Assembly: GCA_039592335.1 (NCBI GenBank)
Contig: JBDHBX010000013.1
Span: forward strand, 3,616 to 67,615
DNA: 64,000 bases
Reading direction: 5' to 3'
From: Gemmatimonadota bacterium
GTDB lineage: Bacteria > Gemmatimonadota > Gemmatimonadetes > Gemmatimonadales > GWC2-71-9
The stretch's first letter is position 1. Each line of letters begins with the position of its first letter. A program made the translations under genes and the position numbers. Shown here in pieces: positions 1 to 7,524 of this stretch. A model generated the notes under the pieces. It searched no databases and was not told the origin of the DNA. It worked only from the letters and a program-made list of their open reading frames with translations.

Positions 1-474
1 CGTTCCGCGCTCGTCCTGAAACGGAGGCGAGACGCTGAAGAACAGTTTCCCCGAGCGGAAGGGCGGTCCGTGCCGGATGAGGTCGTGGGCCCACAGCACG
101 AAGCACCCATTGAAGGAGTCGAGCAGGGCCTGCGTATACGGGATGAGCTTGGAGCGCCCGGAGCTCCCAGAAGTCTTCTCGAATACCACCACGGGCTCGG
201 CCGTGACCACTCGACCGCCCTCCGTCACCTGCCGCTCGATCCACGGCCGCAGATCCTCGTAATCCACGATCGGCACCTTCGCCGCGAACTCCGCGTACGA
301 CTCACCACCCGTCAGCCCCTGGCGCCGCCCGTACTCGGTCCGCGCCGCGAGACGCACCAAGCGTCGGCGCGCCCGCTCCTGCGCCCGCTGGGGATCACGC
401 ATCGCGGCGGCGAAGCGCCGGGACCGCCGGCTGGTCCCCAGCCGGAACGCTTCCTTGAAGAACCTCTCCCGCAC
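1..474 (-). CDS. GH3-family adenylate-forming enzyme (acyl-acid amido synthetase-like), N-terminal part; gene continues past the left edge
   Basis: The minus-strand frame is open from base 1. It is not in the ORF track because it is truncated. Hand translation reads ...AKVPIVDYEDLRPWIERQVTEGG...VVVFEKTSGSSGRSKLIPYTQALL..., which gives the GH3 N-terminal YEDL-P-I-R block and the TSG(S/T)(S/T)G-x-x-K-x-IP nucleotide motif. Start not fixed: GTG 474 or ATG 402. Confidence 0.6.
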   Translation of the reverse strand, partial: MRERFFKEAFRLGTSRRSRRFAAAMRDPQRAQERARRRLVRLAARTEYGRRQGLTGGESYAEFAAKVPIVDYEDLRPWIERQVTEGGRVVTAEPVVVFEKTSGSSGRSKLIPYTQALLDSFNGCFVLWAHDLIRHGPPFRSGKLFFSVSPPFQDERGT

Positions 475-482
475 TGCCCCCC

Positions 483-1262
483 CTAACGCGCCGGCTCCGG
501 CAGGCCAGCCCCGCGCTGTTCGCGGCGCGCCGGACGCCCGAACACCTTACGAAACCACTTGCCCAGCACTCGGATCCCCACCTGAGGGTTCACGCGCGCA
601 ATCATCGCCAGCTCGTCCCCCTTGGCATACCCGGGGTTGGCCTCCACGAAGAACCGCACCTCGGCAAGGGAGAGTACGCGGCCGGTGAACGGCGCCACCG
701 ACTGCTTCAGCACCGGCTGCACCTCGCCGAAGGAGATCACCCCACGTTCCGCCCGCCAGGCCGCGCCGTAGCGCTCGCTGCAGATCGAATCGATCAGCCC
801 GCGCTCCCATTCCGGGGTCGGGCGCGCGTGGTGCGGCCAGTGCTCCGGGAAGTTGCGCACCAGGGTGAGGTAGGTGCGGTAGCCCGAGCAGATGAGATGC
901 CAGTAGAGCGGCGTGAACGGACGGCGCAGCTTCCACCGTACCAGAGTCGCGAACACGCAGTTGTGCAGCGCGCGCTGACCCCAGTACTGCGGCAGGATGA
1001 TGGTGTCACCCGAGAAGTAGACACCCACCCAGCGCCCACGATAGCGATGTTGATAGATGCGGGCCGTGGAGAATCCCACGATCCTCCCGCTTGCCGCATC
1101 GGTTCCGACAAACACCAGGGTCTTCTCCGCCAGGTCGCGATCGAAGACCTCTCGTGTGACGTGGTCGTAGTGGCCGGAGTAGAGCTCCCACATCCGATCG
1201 ATCATGCCCGGCGTGAGTCGGTCCACGCGGACCCGTCGCACTCGCAGCTTGGCTGATGGCAT
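483..1262 (-). CDS. GNAT-fold acyltransferase-like protein, function unknown
   Basis: Track ORF 483..1433 trimmed to ATG 1262, which has GAGGAGG 6 nt upstream. The protein is 259 aa with strong GC3 bias. ...IILPQYWGQRALHN... resembles GNAT motif A. It is tightly packed between the GH3 gene and the GNAT gene at 1288. Confidence 0.5.
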   Translation of the reverse strand: MPSAKLRVRRVRVDRLTPGMIDRMWELYSGHYDHVTREVFDRDLAEKTLVFVGTDAASGRIVGFSTARIYQHRYRGRWVGVYFSGDTIILPQYWGQRALHNCVFATLVRWKLRRPFTPLYWHLICSGYRTYLTLVRNFPEHWPHHARPTPEWERGLIDSICSERYGAAWRAERGVISFGEVQPVLKQSVAPFTGRVLSLAEVRFFVEANPGYAKGDELAMIARVNPQVGIRVLGKWFRKVFGRPARREQRGAGLPEPAR

Positions 1263-1287
1263 CACGTACCTCCTCGGCTGGGCGCTG

Positions 1288-2439
1288 TCACACCAGCGCC
1301 GTCTCGAAGTGCAGCGGACGATCGTCGAGCGGGGGACCCACGTAGCGTCCCTGCGGCGTGGTTGCGTATGCACGGATGTCGGTGGAGAAGCTCCACAGCC
1401 CGCGGACCGCCGCCCGAAGCGGGTCACGCACATCGAGTCCCAGGTTCACGAAGGTGTAGCCTCCGCGGCGAGCCTCGTTGCCCGCTGCCACGAGCAGCGC
1501 GCGCAGTACCTCGGGCGCGCCCGCCGGGATGCATGTGTGGAACGCCGACACGTAGCGCAGCTGCGTCCCCGCGCGCGGGAGTGGCGGCGCACCGAGCAGG
1601 GTGGCAGCCGCATTGTACGCCCGCCGAAACGCGGCCGCCCGCCAGGAGTAGCGCAGGACCTGCGTCTCCTTGAGCTGGTGCTGGTCCCAGAGGGCCATGA
1701 ATCCGGCGAGCGCGCCGCTCGCACGCCGCGCCAGCCAGTAGGATGACACTTCCAGGCCCGGAGCCGCAGCGATTCGGCGAGCCAGCGCTTCTACGGTGAG
1801 GACCGGTGCGAGCTGCCGGCCCAGCGCAACGCGGCGCCACAAGGCGGCCATCTCCTCGAGGTCTCGTTCCTCAGCCCGCGTGAGCTGTAGATGCGCGACA
1901 TGTACATGTCGCGCCCGCAGCAGAACCACTGAGTGGAGCCGCACGGTGGCGAACCCTCCCAGCAGGGGCATCCCGCGGGGTCCTGCCGCGCGGCGCTCCA
2001 TGGCACGGTTGCCGGCAAGCGCTGTGGCCAGCGCGAGAATCTCCGGATCCACAGCCTCGCACACGCCCCGGGCGTACTGGGTCAGTGCATCCGCCACTCC
2101 CAGACCGCGGAACTCAGGCAACACCTTGAGGTCGCTCACGTACATCGTAGGAGTGGGTACGCCCCACAGGTACGCGCGGCGTTCGGCAACGCAGATGCAG
2201 CCAGCGATTCTGCCACCCGGTGCCTCGGCAACGCCGATGTTCCAGCGCTCGCCCTGGAGCCGGGACAGCGCGAAGAAGTCCGGCTCCCGCCTGACCCGAA
2301 CCGTCATTGCGGCCTGCATCGGGCAGGCCGCCGCGAGATCGAGGAGGCCTTCGTTGTCCTCGGAGCGGCCGGCGCGGACGCGAACCCCAGCCGGCGGTCG
2401 CGCGACGGGCCTTGCCATCTCAATCCTCACTGCGGGCAT
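1288..2439 (-). CDS. GNAT family N-acyltransferase, apparently tandem GNAT fold
   Basis: Track ORF 1288..2502. ...VSDLKVLPEFRGLGVADALTQYA... is the GNAT R-G-x-G-x-A acyl-CoA motif. A second half of about 200 aa looks GNAT-like. Start is ATG 2439 or ATG 2418. Confidence 0.65.
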   Translation of the reverse strand: MPAVRIEMARPVARPPAGVRVRAGRSEDNEGLLDLAAACPMQAAMTVRVRREPDFFALSRLQGERWNIGVAEAPGGRIAGCICVAERRAYLWGVPTPTMYVSDLKVLPEFRGLGVADALTQYARGVCEAVDPEILALATALAGNRAMERRAAGPRGMPLLGGFATVRLHSVVLLRARHVHVAHLQLTRAEERDLEEMAALWRRVALGRQLAPVLTVEALARRIAAAPGLEVSSYWLARRASGALAGFMALWDQHQLKETQVLRYSWRAAAFRRAYNAAATLLGAPPLPRAGTQLRYVSAFHTCIPAGAPEVLRALLVAAGNEARRGGYTFVNLGLDVRDPLRAAVRGLWSFSTDIRAYATTPQGRYVGPPLDDRPLHFETALV

Positions 2440-2482
2440 AGCGCGTCTCCCATCGTGTCGCTCACGAATCTCCCGACGCGGC

Positions 2483-2524
2483 GTCAAGCACTCGTCAAGC
2501 ACCGCGGCTTGACCCCTGCTTGAC
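2483..2524. promoter_or_regulatory. Divergent-promoter operator: GTCAAGC-N4-GTCAAGC-N6-GCTTGAC-N4-GCTTGAC
   Basis: Read directly: GTCAAGC at 2483-2489 and 2494-2500; its reverse complement GCTTGAC at 2507-2513 and 2518-2524. Each divergent gene (GNAT on minus, MMPL on plus) therefore sees a tandem GCTTGAC-N4-GCTTGAC upstream. Confidence 0.55.
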
Positions 2525-2546
2525 GGGCGGGTGGGTACTTGGGCGC

Positions 2547-4811
2547 GTGAGACTCTCAGACCTGGTCGTGCGCCGGCGCTGGTGGGTCCTCGCCGGATGG
2601 GCAGCCGCAGCCGTGTTCATGCTGCCGGCAGCGCGCGGCGTGGAACGCTCGCTGGATGTGGCCGCTCGAGTGCGGGGCAGCGAGTCGGCCGCCGTAGACT
2701 CGTTGGTCGCGCTGCGGTTCGAGCAGCCGTATGCCCACTATGCCGTGCTGGTACTCTCCGGCACGCCCCCGCCAACGGAGGTCGCTGGGCGGATGGTGCT
2801 GGACTCGGTCGTGGCCGCAGTTCGCCGCGCGCATGGCGTGACCCGGGTGCGCGCGTACGAAGACGCGTGCGATACCCTGTTTGTGGCCGCCGGTCACGCG
2901 GCGACGTTCGTGCTGGCGGGGATCGATGCCTCTGGAGACGCGCCCGACATCGTCGTCGAGCGCCTCCGCGCCGCGACGATCGAACTTGCCGATCGCCTCG
3001 CAGGGCGCTTCCCAGCAGTCCGGCTCCGCTGGACCGGGCAGGCAGCCCTTAACGCCGACCTCCGGCGGGCGAGCGCCGCCGACGCGCGGGGGGCCGAGCA
3101 CCGCGCGCTTCCATTGACCCTGCTCTTGCTACTCGCGGCCTTCGGTACGCTCGTCGCCGCTGCCATCCCAGTGATCTCCGGAACCCTGGTGATCGCCTTC
3201 GCCCTGGGTTCGGCGGCGGTAATCAGCGCGGCGTGGCCGCTCTCCATCATGCTCCAGAGCTTCGTGTCGATGATCGGCCTCGGCCTTGGCATCGACTACG
3301 CGCTCCTCACGGTGAGTCGCTTTCGAGAGTCGCGCGCCGCCGGCCGGACGTCGCACGACGCGGCACGCGACGCCGCCCGCTATGCTGGCCGGACCGTGGT
3401 CCTCTCGGGCGCCGCGGTCGCGATCGGATTCGTGGCCTTGCTCGCGGTGCCGCTCAACGAGCTGCGCTCGGTGGCCGTCGGCGGGATGCTGGCCGCCGGG
3501 TTCGCGGTGCTGGTCTCGGCCACGCTGCTCCCCGCGCTACTCGCCCTTCTTGGGCGCGCCATCGACTGGGGCCGTCTTCGTCCCCCGGCCGGTTCGCGGG
3601 AGCCGTCCGCCCGCTGGTACGGCTGGGGACGGCTCGTGGCGCGGCATCCGCTTGTCGTGCTGGTCCTCGCCGGCGTCCCGCTGCTAGCGCTCGCCGCACA
3701 GGCACCGCGCATGACGACCGGATTGCCCGACGGGAATTGGCTCCCCACCGGAGCCGAATCCGTCCAGGCACTGCACGAGCTCGAGGTCATGGAGCGCGCG
3801 GCCGTGCTGCAGACCGTTCAGATTCTGATCGAGCTTCCGACGGGCACAACGGCTCTCAAGCCGACCGGCTGGGCCGCGGCCCGCCGCGTGCGGCGGCACC
3901 TCGCCGCGAACGCGGGCGTCGCGACGGTCAACTCGTTCACGACCTTCGAGCGCACCCGCCCCCCGTCGCGTCTGGCCCTGCTGGCGACACCCCGCGCGCT
4001 GCGCGAGGCCTATCTCACCGACGACCGTGGCACGTTGCTGCTCGAGGCGATCCCCAGGGAGGGACTCGATCCCGCCGGTGTGATCGAGCTGGTGTACGAG
4101 TGGCGTGCCCTCGACTACCCCTCGATCACAGGACTCGACGGGATTCGGGTCCGCTTCGGCGGGCTTCCCGCCCTCCGCGCCGACTTCCAGGACGCAGTTG
4201 GTGGACGGTTCTGGACGGTGGTGGCGATGGTCGTGACGGGCACGTTCCTGGCGCTGCTAGTGGGCTTCCGCTCGGTGCTGGTGCCGCTCAAGGCGCTAGG
4301 GCTCAATCTCCTCTCGGTCGCCGCTTCGTTCGGCGCCGTGGTGCTGGTGTTCCAGGACGGCCACGGCGCAACGCTGCTAGGACTCGACGGCCCGACCCAG
4401 GTCGTGTTCGCCGTCGTACCCACGCTCGTCTTCTGCACCGTGTTCGGGCTCTCCATGGACTACGAGGTGTTCCTCGTCGCCCGCGTCGCGGAGGCGCGAC
4501 GTCGGGGGCGTGACGAGACCGACGCGCTCGCCGAAGGACTGGCGCGCACCGCGCCGGTCATCACCAATGCTGCCGCCATCATGGTGGTGGTGTTCGGTGC
4601 CTTCACGCTCGGCGACTTCCTCGTCATGAAGATGCTCGGACTCGCGCTGGCCGTGGCCGTGCTGCTCGACGCCACGGTGGTGCGCATCGCCCTGGGTCCA
4701 GCGCTGCTCGCCATCGCAGGTAAGTGGAACTGGTGGCCCGGTGAGCTCGGGCACGCGCGTAAGCCCTTGCCCCCGCCCGCCGCGCAGACCGTCCCAGATG
4801 CCGTATCGTGA
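2547..4811 (+). CDS. MMPL/RND-superfamily membrane transporter
   Basis: Track ORF 2520..4811. There are two homologous membrane halves, each with the MMPL-type motif (...GLGLGIDYALLTVSRFRE... and ...FGLSMDYEVFLVARVAE...). The TTG at 2520 lies inside the operator repeat, so I prefer GTG 2547 (or GTG 2568). The exact start is uncertain. Confidence 0.8.
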   Translation: MRLSDLVVRRRWWVLAGWAAAAVFMLPAARGVERSLDVAARVRGSESAAVDSLVALRFEQPYAHYAVLVLSGTPPPTEVAGRMVLDSVVAAVRRAHGVTRVRAYEDACDTLFVAAGHAATFVLAGIDASGDAPDIVVERLRAATIELADRLAGRFPAVRLRWTGQAALNADLRRASAADARGAEHRALPLTLLLLLAAFGTLVAAAIPVISGTLVIAFALGSAAVISAAWPLSIMLQSFVSMIGLGLGIDYALLTVSRFRESRAAGRTSHDAARDAARYAGRTVVLSGAAVAIGFVALLAVPLNELRSVAVGGMLAAGFAVLVSATLLPALLALLGRAIDWGRLRPPAGSREPSARWYGWGRLVARHPLVVLVLAGVPLLALAAQAPRMTTGLPDGNWLPTGAESVQALHELEVMERAAVLQTVQILIELPTGTTALKPTGWAAARRVRRHLAANAGVATVNSFTTFERTRPPSRLALLATPRALREAYLTDDRGTLLLEAIPREGLDPAGVIELVYEWRALDYPSITGLDGIRVRFGGLPALRADFQDAVGGRFWTVVAMVVTGTFLALLVGFRSVLVPLKALGLNLLSVAASFGAVVLVFQDGHGATLLGLDGPTQVVFAVVPTLVFCTVFGLSMDYEVFLVARVAEARRRGRDETDALAEGLARTAPVITNAAAIMVVVFGAFTLGDFLVMKMLGLALAVAVLLDATVVRIALGPALLAIAGKWNWWPGELGHARKPLPPPAAQTVPDAVS

Positions 4812-4827
4812 TACGAGCCGATCCGCT

Positions 4828-5856
4828 ATGCTGCGCGCCGTGCGGGTCGTGCCCGCACGGCCGGGCTGGGACCGGGAGCGGCCGCGCCGCTACTTCTCGC
4901 AGCCCTACGCACCACACGAGGCGCTGGCATGGCTGAAGCACAATCTCCTCGGTCCGTCGCGGCGGTATCTCGGACTCACCACGCCGTTGCCGCCCAACAC
5001 GCTCCTCAATCCGATCCAGCCACGCCTCACCATCGCCTTCGTGGGAGACGTGCTGCCACTGCACGGGGTGCGGCTCGCGGTGGATGAGAGCCTAAAGCGA
5101 TTCCTGCATGACGCCGACGTGCTCGTGGCCAACTTCGAGGGCACCGTAACCACCGAGACAGCCAAGGGCGTGTTCATGGGCCAGCGACACACGCCAGCGG
5201 TGCTCGACTTCCTCGAGGATCTGTTCGCGCCCGACCGCACGATTCTCACCTGCGCCAACAACCACGCGGGGGACTACGGCTGGACGCAGTTTGGTCACTC
5301 CTACGAGCTGCTCCGGTCGCGGGGCTTCCTGCCCCTCGGTCGCGCGGACGAGCCAGCTGTCATGATCAACGACGCGGTCCTCATCGCCTGCTGGACCGCC
5401 TGGTCCAACCAGCCGTGCGCGTATGTGTCGGTGGAGCGCGACGCCGAGGGAGTCCCGTGCACCACACCGTTTCGCATCCTCTGTCCCCACTGGGGCTATG
5501 AGCTCCAGGCACACCCGCATCCCACCCAGATCGCCCACGCCCGCGGCTTGCTCGAGCGGTGGGACATGATCGTGGGACACCACTCGCACTGCCCCCAGCC
5601 GATCGCGGCGCACGCGACCGGTCGAAGCAAACGGCTCGTCGCGTACTCGCTGGGGAACTGCACCTTCGGGTACCGCTTCCGGCACCACCTGCACGGTGCC
5701 GTCTTGAAGGTCGAGATCGGACCCGGTGCGGACGGGCGATGGGCCACGGGGCAAGCGAGCTGGCGTCCCTCGGAGGTGCACTTCACAGGCCGGCGGCGGG
5801 CCGTCGTCCTGCTCGGAGGTGCGGACCGACCGGGGGAGGCGTCCATCTCCGCTTGA
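4828..5856 (+). CDS. CapA/PGA_cap-type metallophosphoesterase family protein
   Basis: Track ORF 4741..5856 trimmed to ATG 4828 (ATG 4798 is also possible). It has the ordered metallophosphatase blocks IAFVGDV, ANFEG, ANNHAGDYG, CPHWGYE and VGHHSHCPQPI. Confidence 0.7.
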   Translation: MLRAVRVVPARPGWDRERPRRYFSQPYAPHEALAWLKHNLLGPSRRYLGLTTPLPPNTLLNPIQPRLTIAFVGDVLPLHGVRLAVDESLKRFLHDADVLVANFEGTVTTETAKGVFMGQRHTPAVLDFLEDLFAPDRTILTCANNHAGDYGWTQFGHSYELLRSRGFLPLGRADEPAVMINDAVLIACWTAWSNQPCAYVSVERDAEGVPCTTPFRILCPHWGYELQAHPHPTQIAHARGLLERWDMIVGHHSHCPQPIAAHATGRSKRLVAYSLGNCTFGYRFRHHLHGAVLKVEIGPGADGRWATGQASWRPSEVHFTGRRRAVVLLGGADRPGEASISA

Positions 5857-5868
5857 CGCTTGCTTGAC
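5851..5868 (+). promoter_or_regulatory. Third copy of the tandem GCTTGAC-N4-GCTTGAC element, upstream of the radical SAM gene
   Basis: GCTTGAC at 5851-5857 (overlapping the TGA stop of the CapA-like gene) and at 5862-5868. The 11-bp period matches the copies at 2507-2524. It sits 49 nt before ATG 5917. Confidence 0.5.
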
Positions 5869-5916
5869 CCCCCCATGCCATGGTAGCGCCGGATCGAGAC
5901 GATCGAGGATCCGGCG

Positions 5917-6927
5917 ATGCTGCCCACCCGACTAGTCGTACGCGCGCTCCGAACCCGGTTCGTAGATCACCGGCCGTTCATCCTCTCGCATCTCCTAACA
6001 GGCCGCTGCAACGCTGACTGCGTCACCTGTTTGTGGAAGATGCCCGCGGATGCGAAGGTCGAGGAACTGTCTGTCGAGGAAGTCAGGAAGCTGTATCGCG
6101 ATGCGGCAGCGGCCGGGTTCCGTGCGCTCGTGCTGTGGGGAGGCGAGCCTCTGGTACGGCAGGACGCCGGCGAGGCACTGCGCGCGGCGCGCGACGTAGG
6201 ACTCATGACCACGCTCATCACCAACGGATGGTGGCTCGAAGAGCGCGCCGAGGAGGTCCTGCCGTGGGTGGACCGTCTCATGGTATCGGTGGACGGCATG
6301 GGCGCGAGGCACGACGAGATCCGGAGGAAGCCCGGCCTGTTCGATCGGCTGGATCGCGGACTGGCGTACGTGCGCCGTGCCCATCCGCGCATCGCAGTGA
6401 TCATCAATGTGGTGCTGTCTCGCCTGAACGCCGATCAGCTCGAGGCGATCGCGGCATACGGCAAGCGGGTTGGCGGCCAAGTGTCGTTCCAGGCCATGGA
6501 CGTGACCGACTACGGCTACGCCGACCGCACGATCGAGTTGAAGCGGGTCCAGTTGGAGGCCGAGGAAGAAAGGAGCATCGCAGGCAGGATCGCAGCGCTA
6601 CGCCGTCAGGGGTTTCCCGTGAGCGACTCGGACTCCTATCTGGCCAGGCTCGGTCCGGGCGTCGGGCACTACCGATGCCACTTCAAGAAGGTCTGCCTGC
6701 GAGTAGAGCCGAATGGTGACGTCCTCGACTGTACGCTGAAGGCAGTTCCGCTGGCCAATGTGCGGCACACACCTCTGCGGACGCTGCTTCGCAGCCCCGA
6801 GTTCGCCGAGTTTCTGGGACGAGCCGAGAGCTGCAATCGGTGCCGCGACGTCGCTGTCGTGGAGCTGTCCCACATGTGGGACGGGCGCCCGGAGGCCCTC
6901 TGGAGGGCCCTCAAGAGCCTTGCCTGA
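5917..6927 (+). CDS. Radical SAM enzyme with C-terminal SPASM/twitch-like Cys cluster
   Basis: 336-aa track ORF. It has the CX3CX2C motif (GRCNADCVTC) near the N-terminus and the GGEPL glycine-rich SAM motif. The C-terminal cysteines are ...YRCHFKKVC...DVLDC...ESCNRCRD... Confidence 0.8.
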   Translation: MLPTRLVVRALRTRFVDHRPFILSHLLTGRCNADCVTCLWKMPADAKVEELSVEEVRKLYRDAAAAGFRALVLWGGEPLVRQDAGEALRAARDVGLMTTLITNGWWLEERAEEVLPWVDRLMVSVDGMGARHDEIRRKPGLFDRLDRGLAYVRRAHPRIAVIINVVLSRLNADQLEAIAAYGKRVGGQVSFQAMDVTDYGYADRTIELKRVQLEAEEERSIAGRIAALRRQGFPVSDSDSYLARLGPGVGHYRCHFKKVCLRVEPNGDVLDCTLKAVPLANVRHTPLRTLLRSPEFAEFLGRAESCNRCRDVAVVELSHMWDGRPEALWRALKSLA

Positions 6928-7064
6928 GGCGAGTCGTGGACGACCGGCACGCCCGCCGACTCGGTGGTGTCGGTCGGAGGCGTGTCAATCGACACACTTG
7001 CAGAGAACGCGCCTTGACACCCCTCCCCTAACTGGTGTTCTTTCAACGGCTTAACGCACCTCTC

Positions 7065-7151
7065 GGACAGGTGGCCGAGCGGCTGAAGGCACGCGCCTGG
7101 AGAGCGCGTGAACGGGGAACCGTTCCGTGGGTTCGAATCCCACCCTGTCCG
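7065..7151 (+). tRNA. tRNA-Ser (anticodon GGA)
   Basis: Hand-folded cloverleaf: acceptor GGACAGG/CCTGTCC plus discriminator G; D arm GCC..GGC; anticodon stem CGCGC/GCGCG with loop CTGGAGA; long variable arm AACGG-GGAA-CCGTT; T arm GTGGG-TTCGAAT-CCCAC. No encoded CCA. Confidence 0.93.
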
Positions 7152-7335
7152 TTACAGCAATGCGGGGAGTGGTTGTGCGGTGGATGGCGCCCACAGGAAG
7201 GCTCTGTCCCGGCGGTCCCGCGCCGGGGGTGGACGCCCTCATTCCTGAATTCCAGCCCCTCTTGGAACCCTCCGGATCTCGGCCGCCACAACATAGCCGA
7301 ACCGCGATAAAGAAGTCTTCACATTCCCTTTCTAT

Positions 7336-7363
7336 TTCACAGCCCTGCAAGGGTTTATACATT
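7336..7363 (+). promoter_or_regulatory. Possible sigma-70-type promoter for the kor-rnf block (TTCACA-N16-TACATT)
   Basis: This is the only AT-rich patch (about 7290-7380) in the 373-nt tRNA-korA spacer. TTCACA is at 7336-7341 and TACATT at 7358-7363. Hexamer match only. Confidence 0.3.
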
Positions 7364-7524
7364 TCTCTTGTCATGCGGACGAGGTGCCGCAATGGATGGG
7401 AGGGGCGGAGTGCAAGGATAGTGCGACTGCTTTCGAGCGGCGCGCCCGAGTGTCCTGCCGGACGCACTCCGCCTTGGTACGCGAACGAGCGAACCCAACG
7501 CTCGAACCCGAGCGAGAGTGCGAT

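Noticed and set aside
2520-2546. TTG 2520 as the MMPL start codon (the track ORF start)
   Set aside because: The codon lies inside the second GCTTGAC repeat of the putative operator/-35 region. A transcript initiated from that promoter could not include it. GTG 2547 or GTG 2568 is more plausible.
7152-7524. Possible integrated element or att site downstream of tRNA-Ser
   Set aside because: There is no integrase or recombinase ORF, no duplicate of the tRNA 3' end and no compositional island. The spacer is better explained as the promoter and leader of korA.
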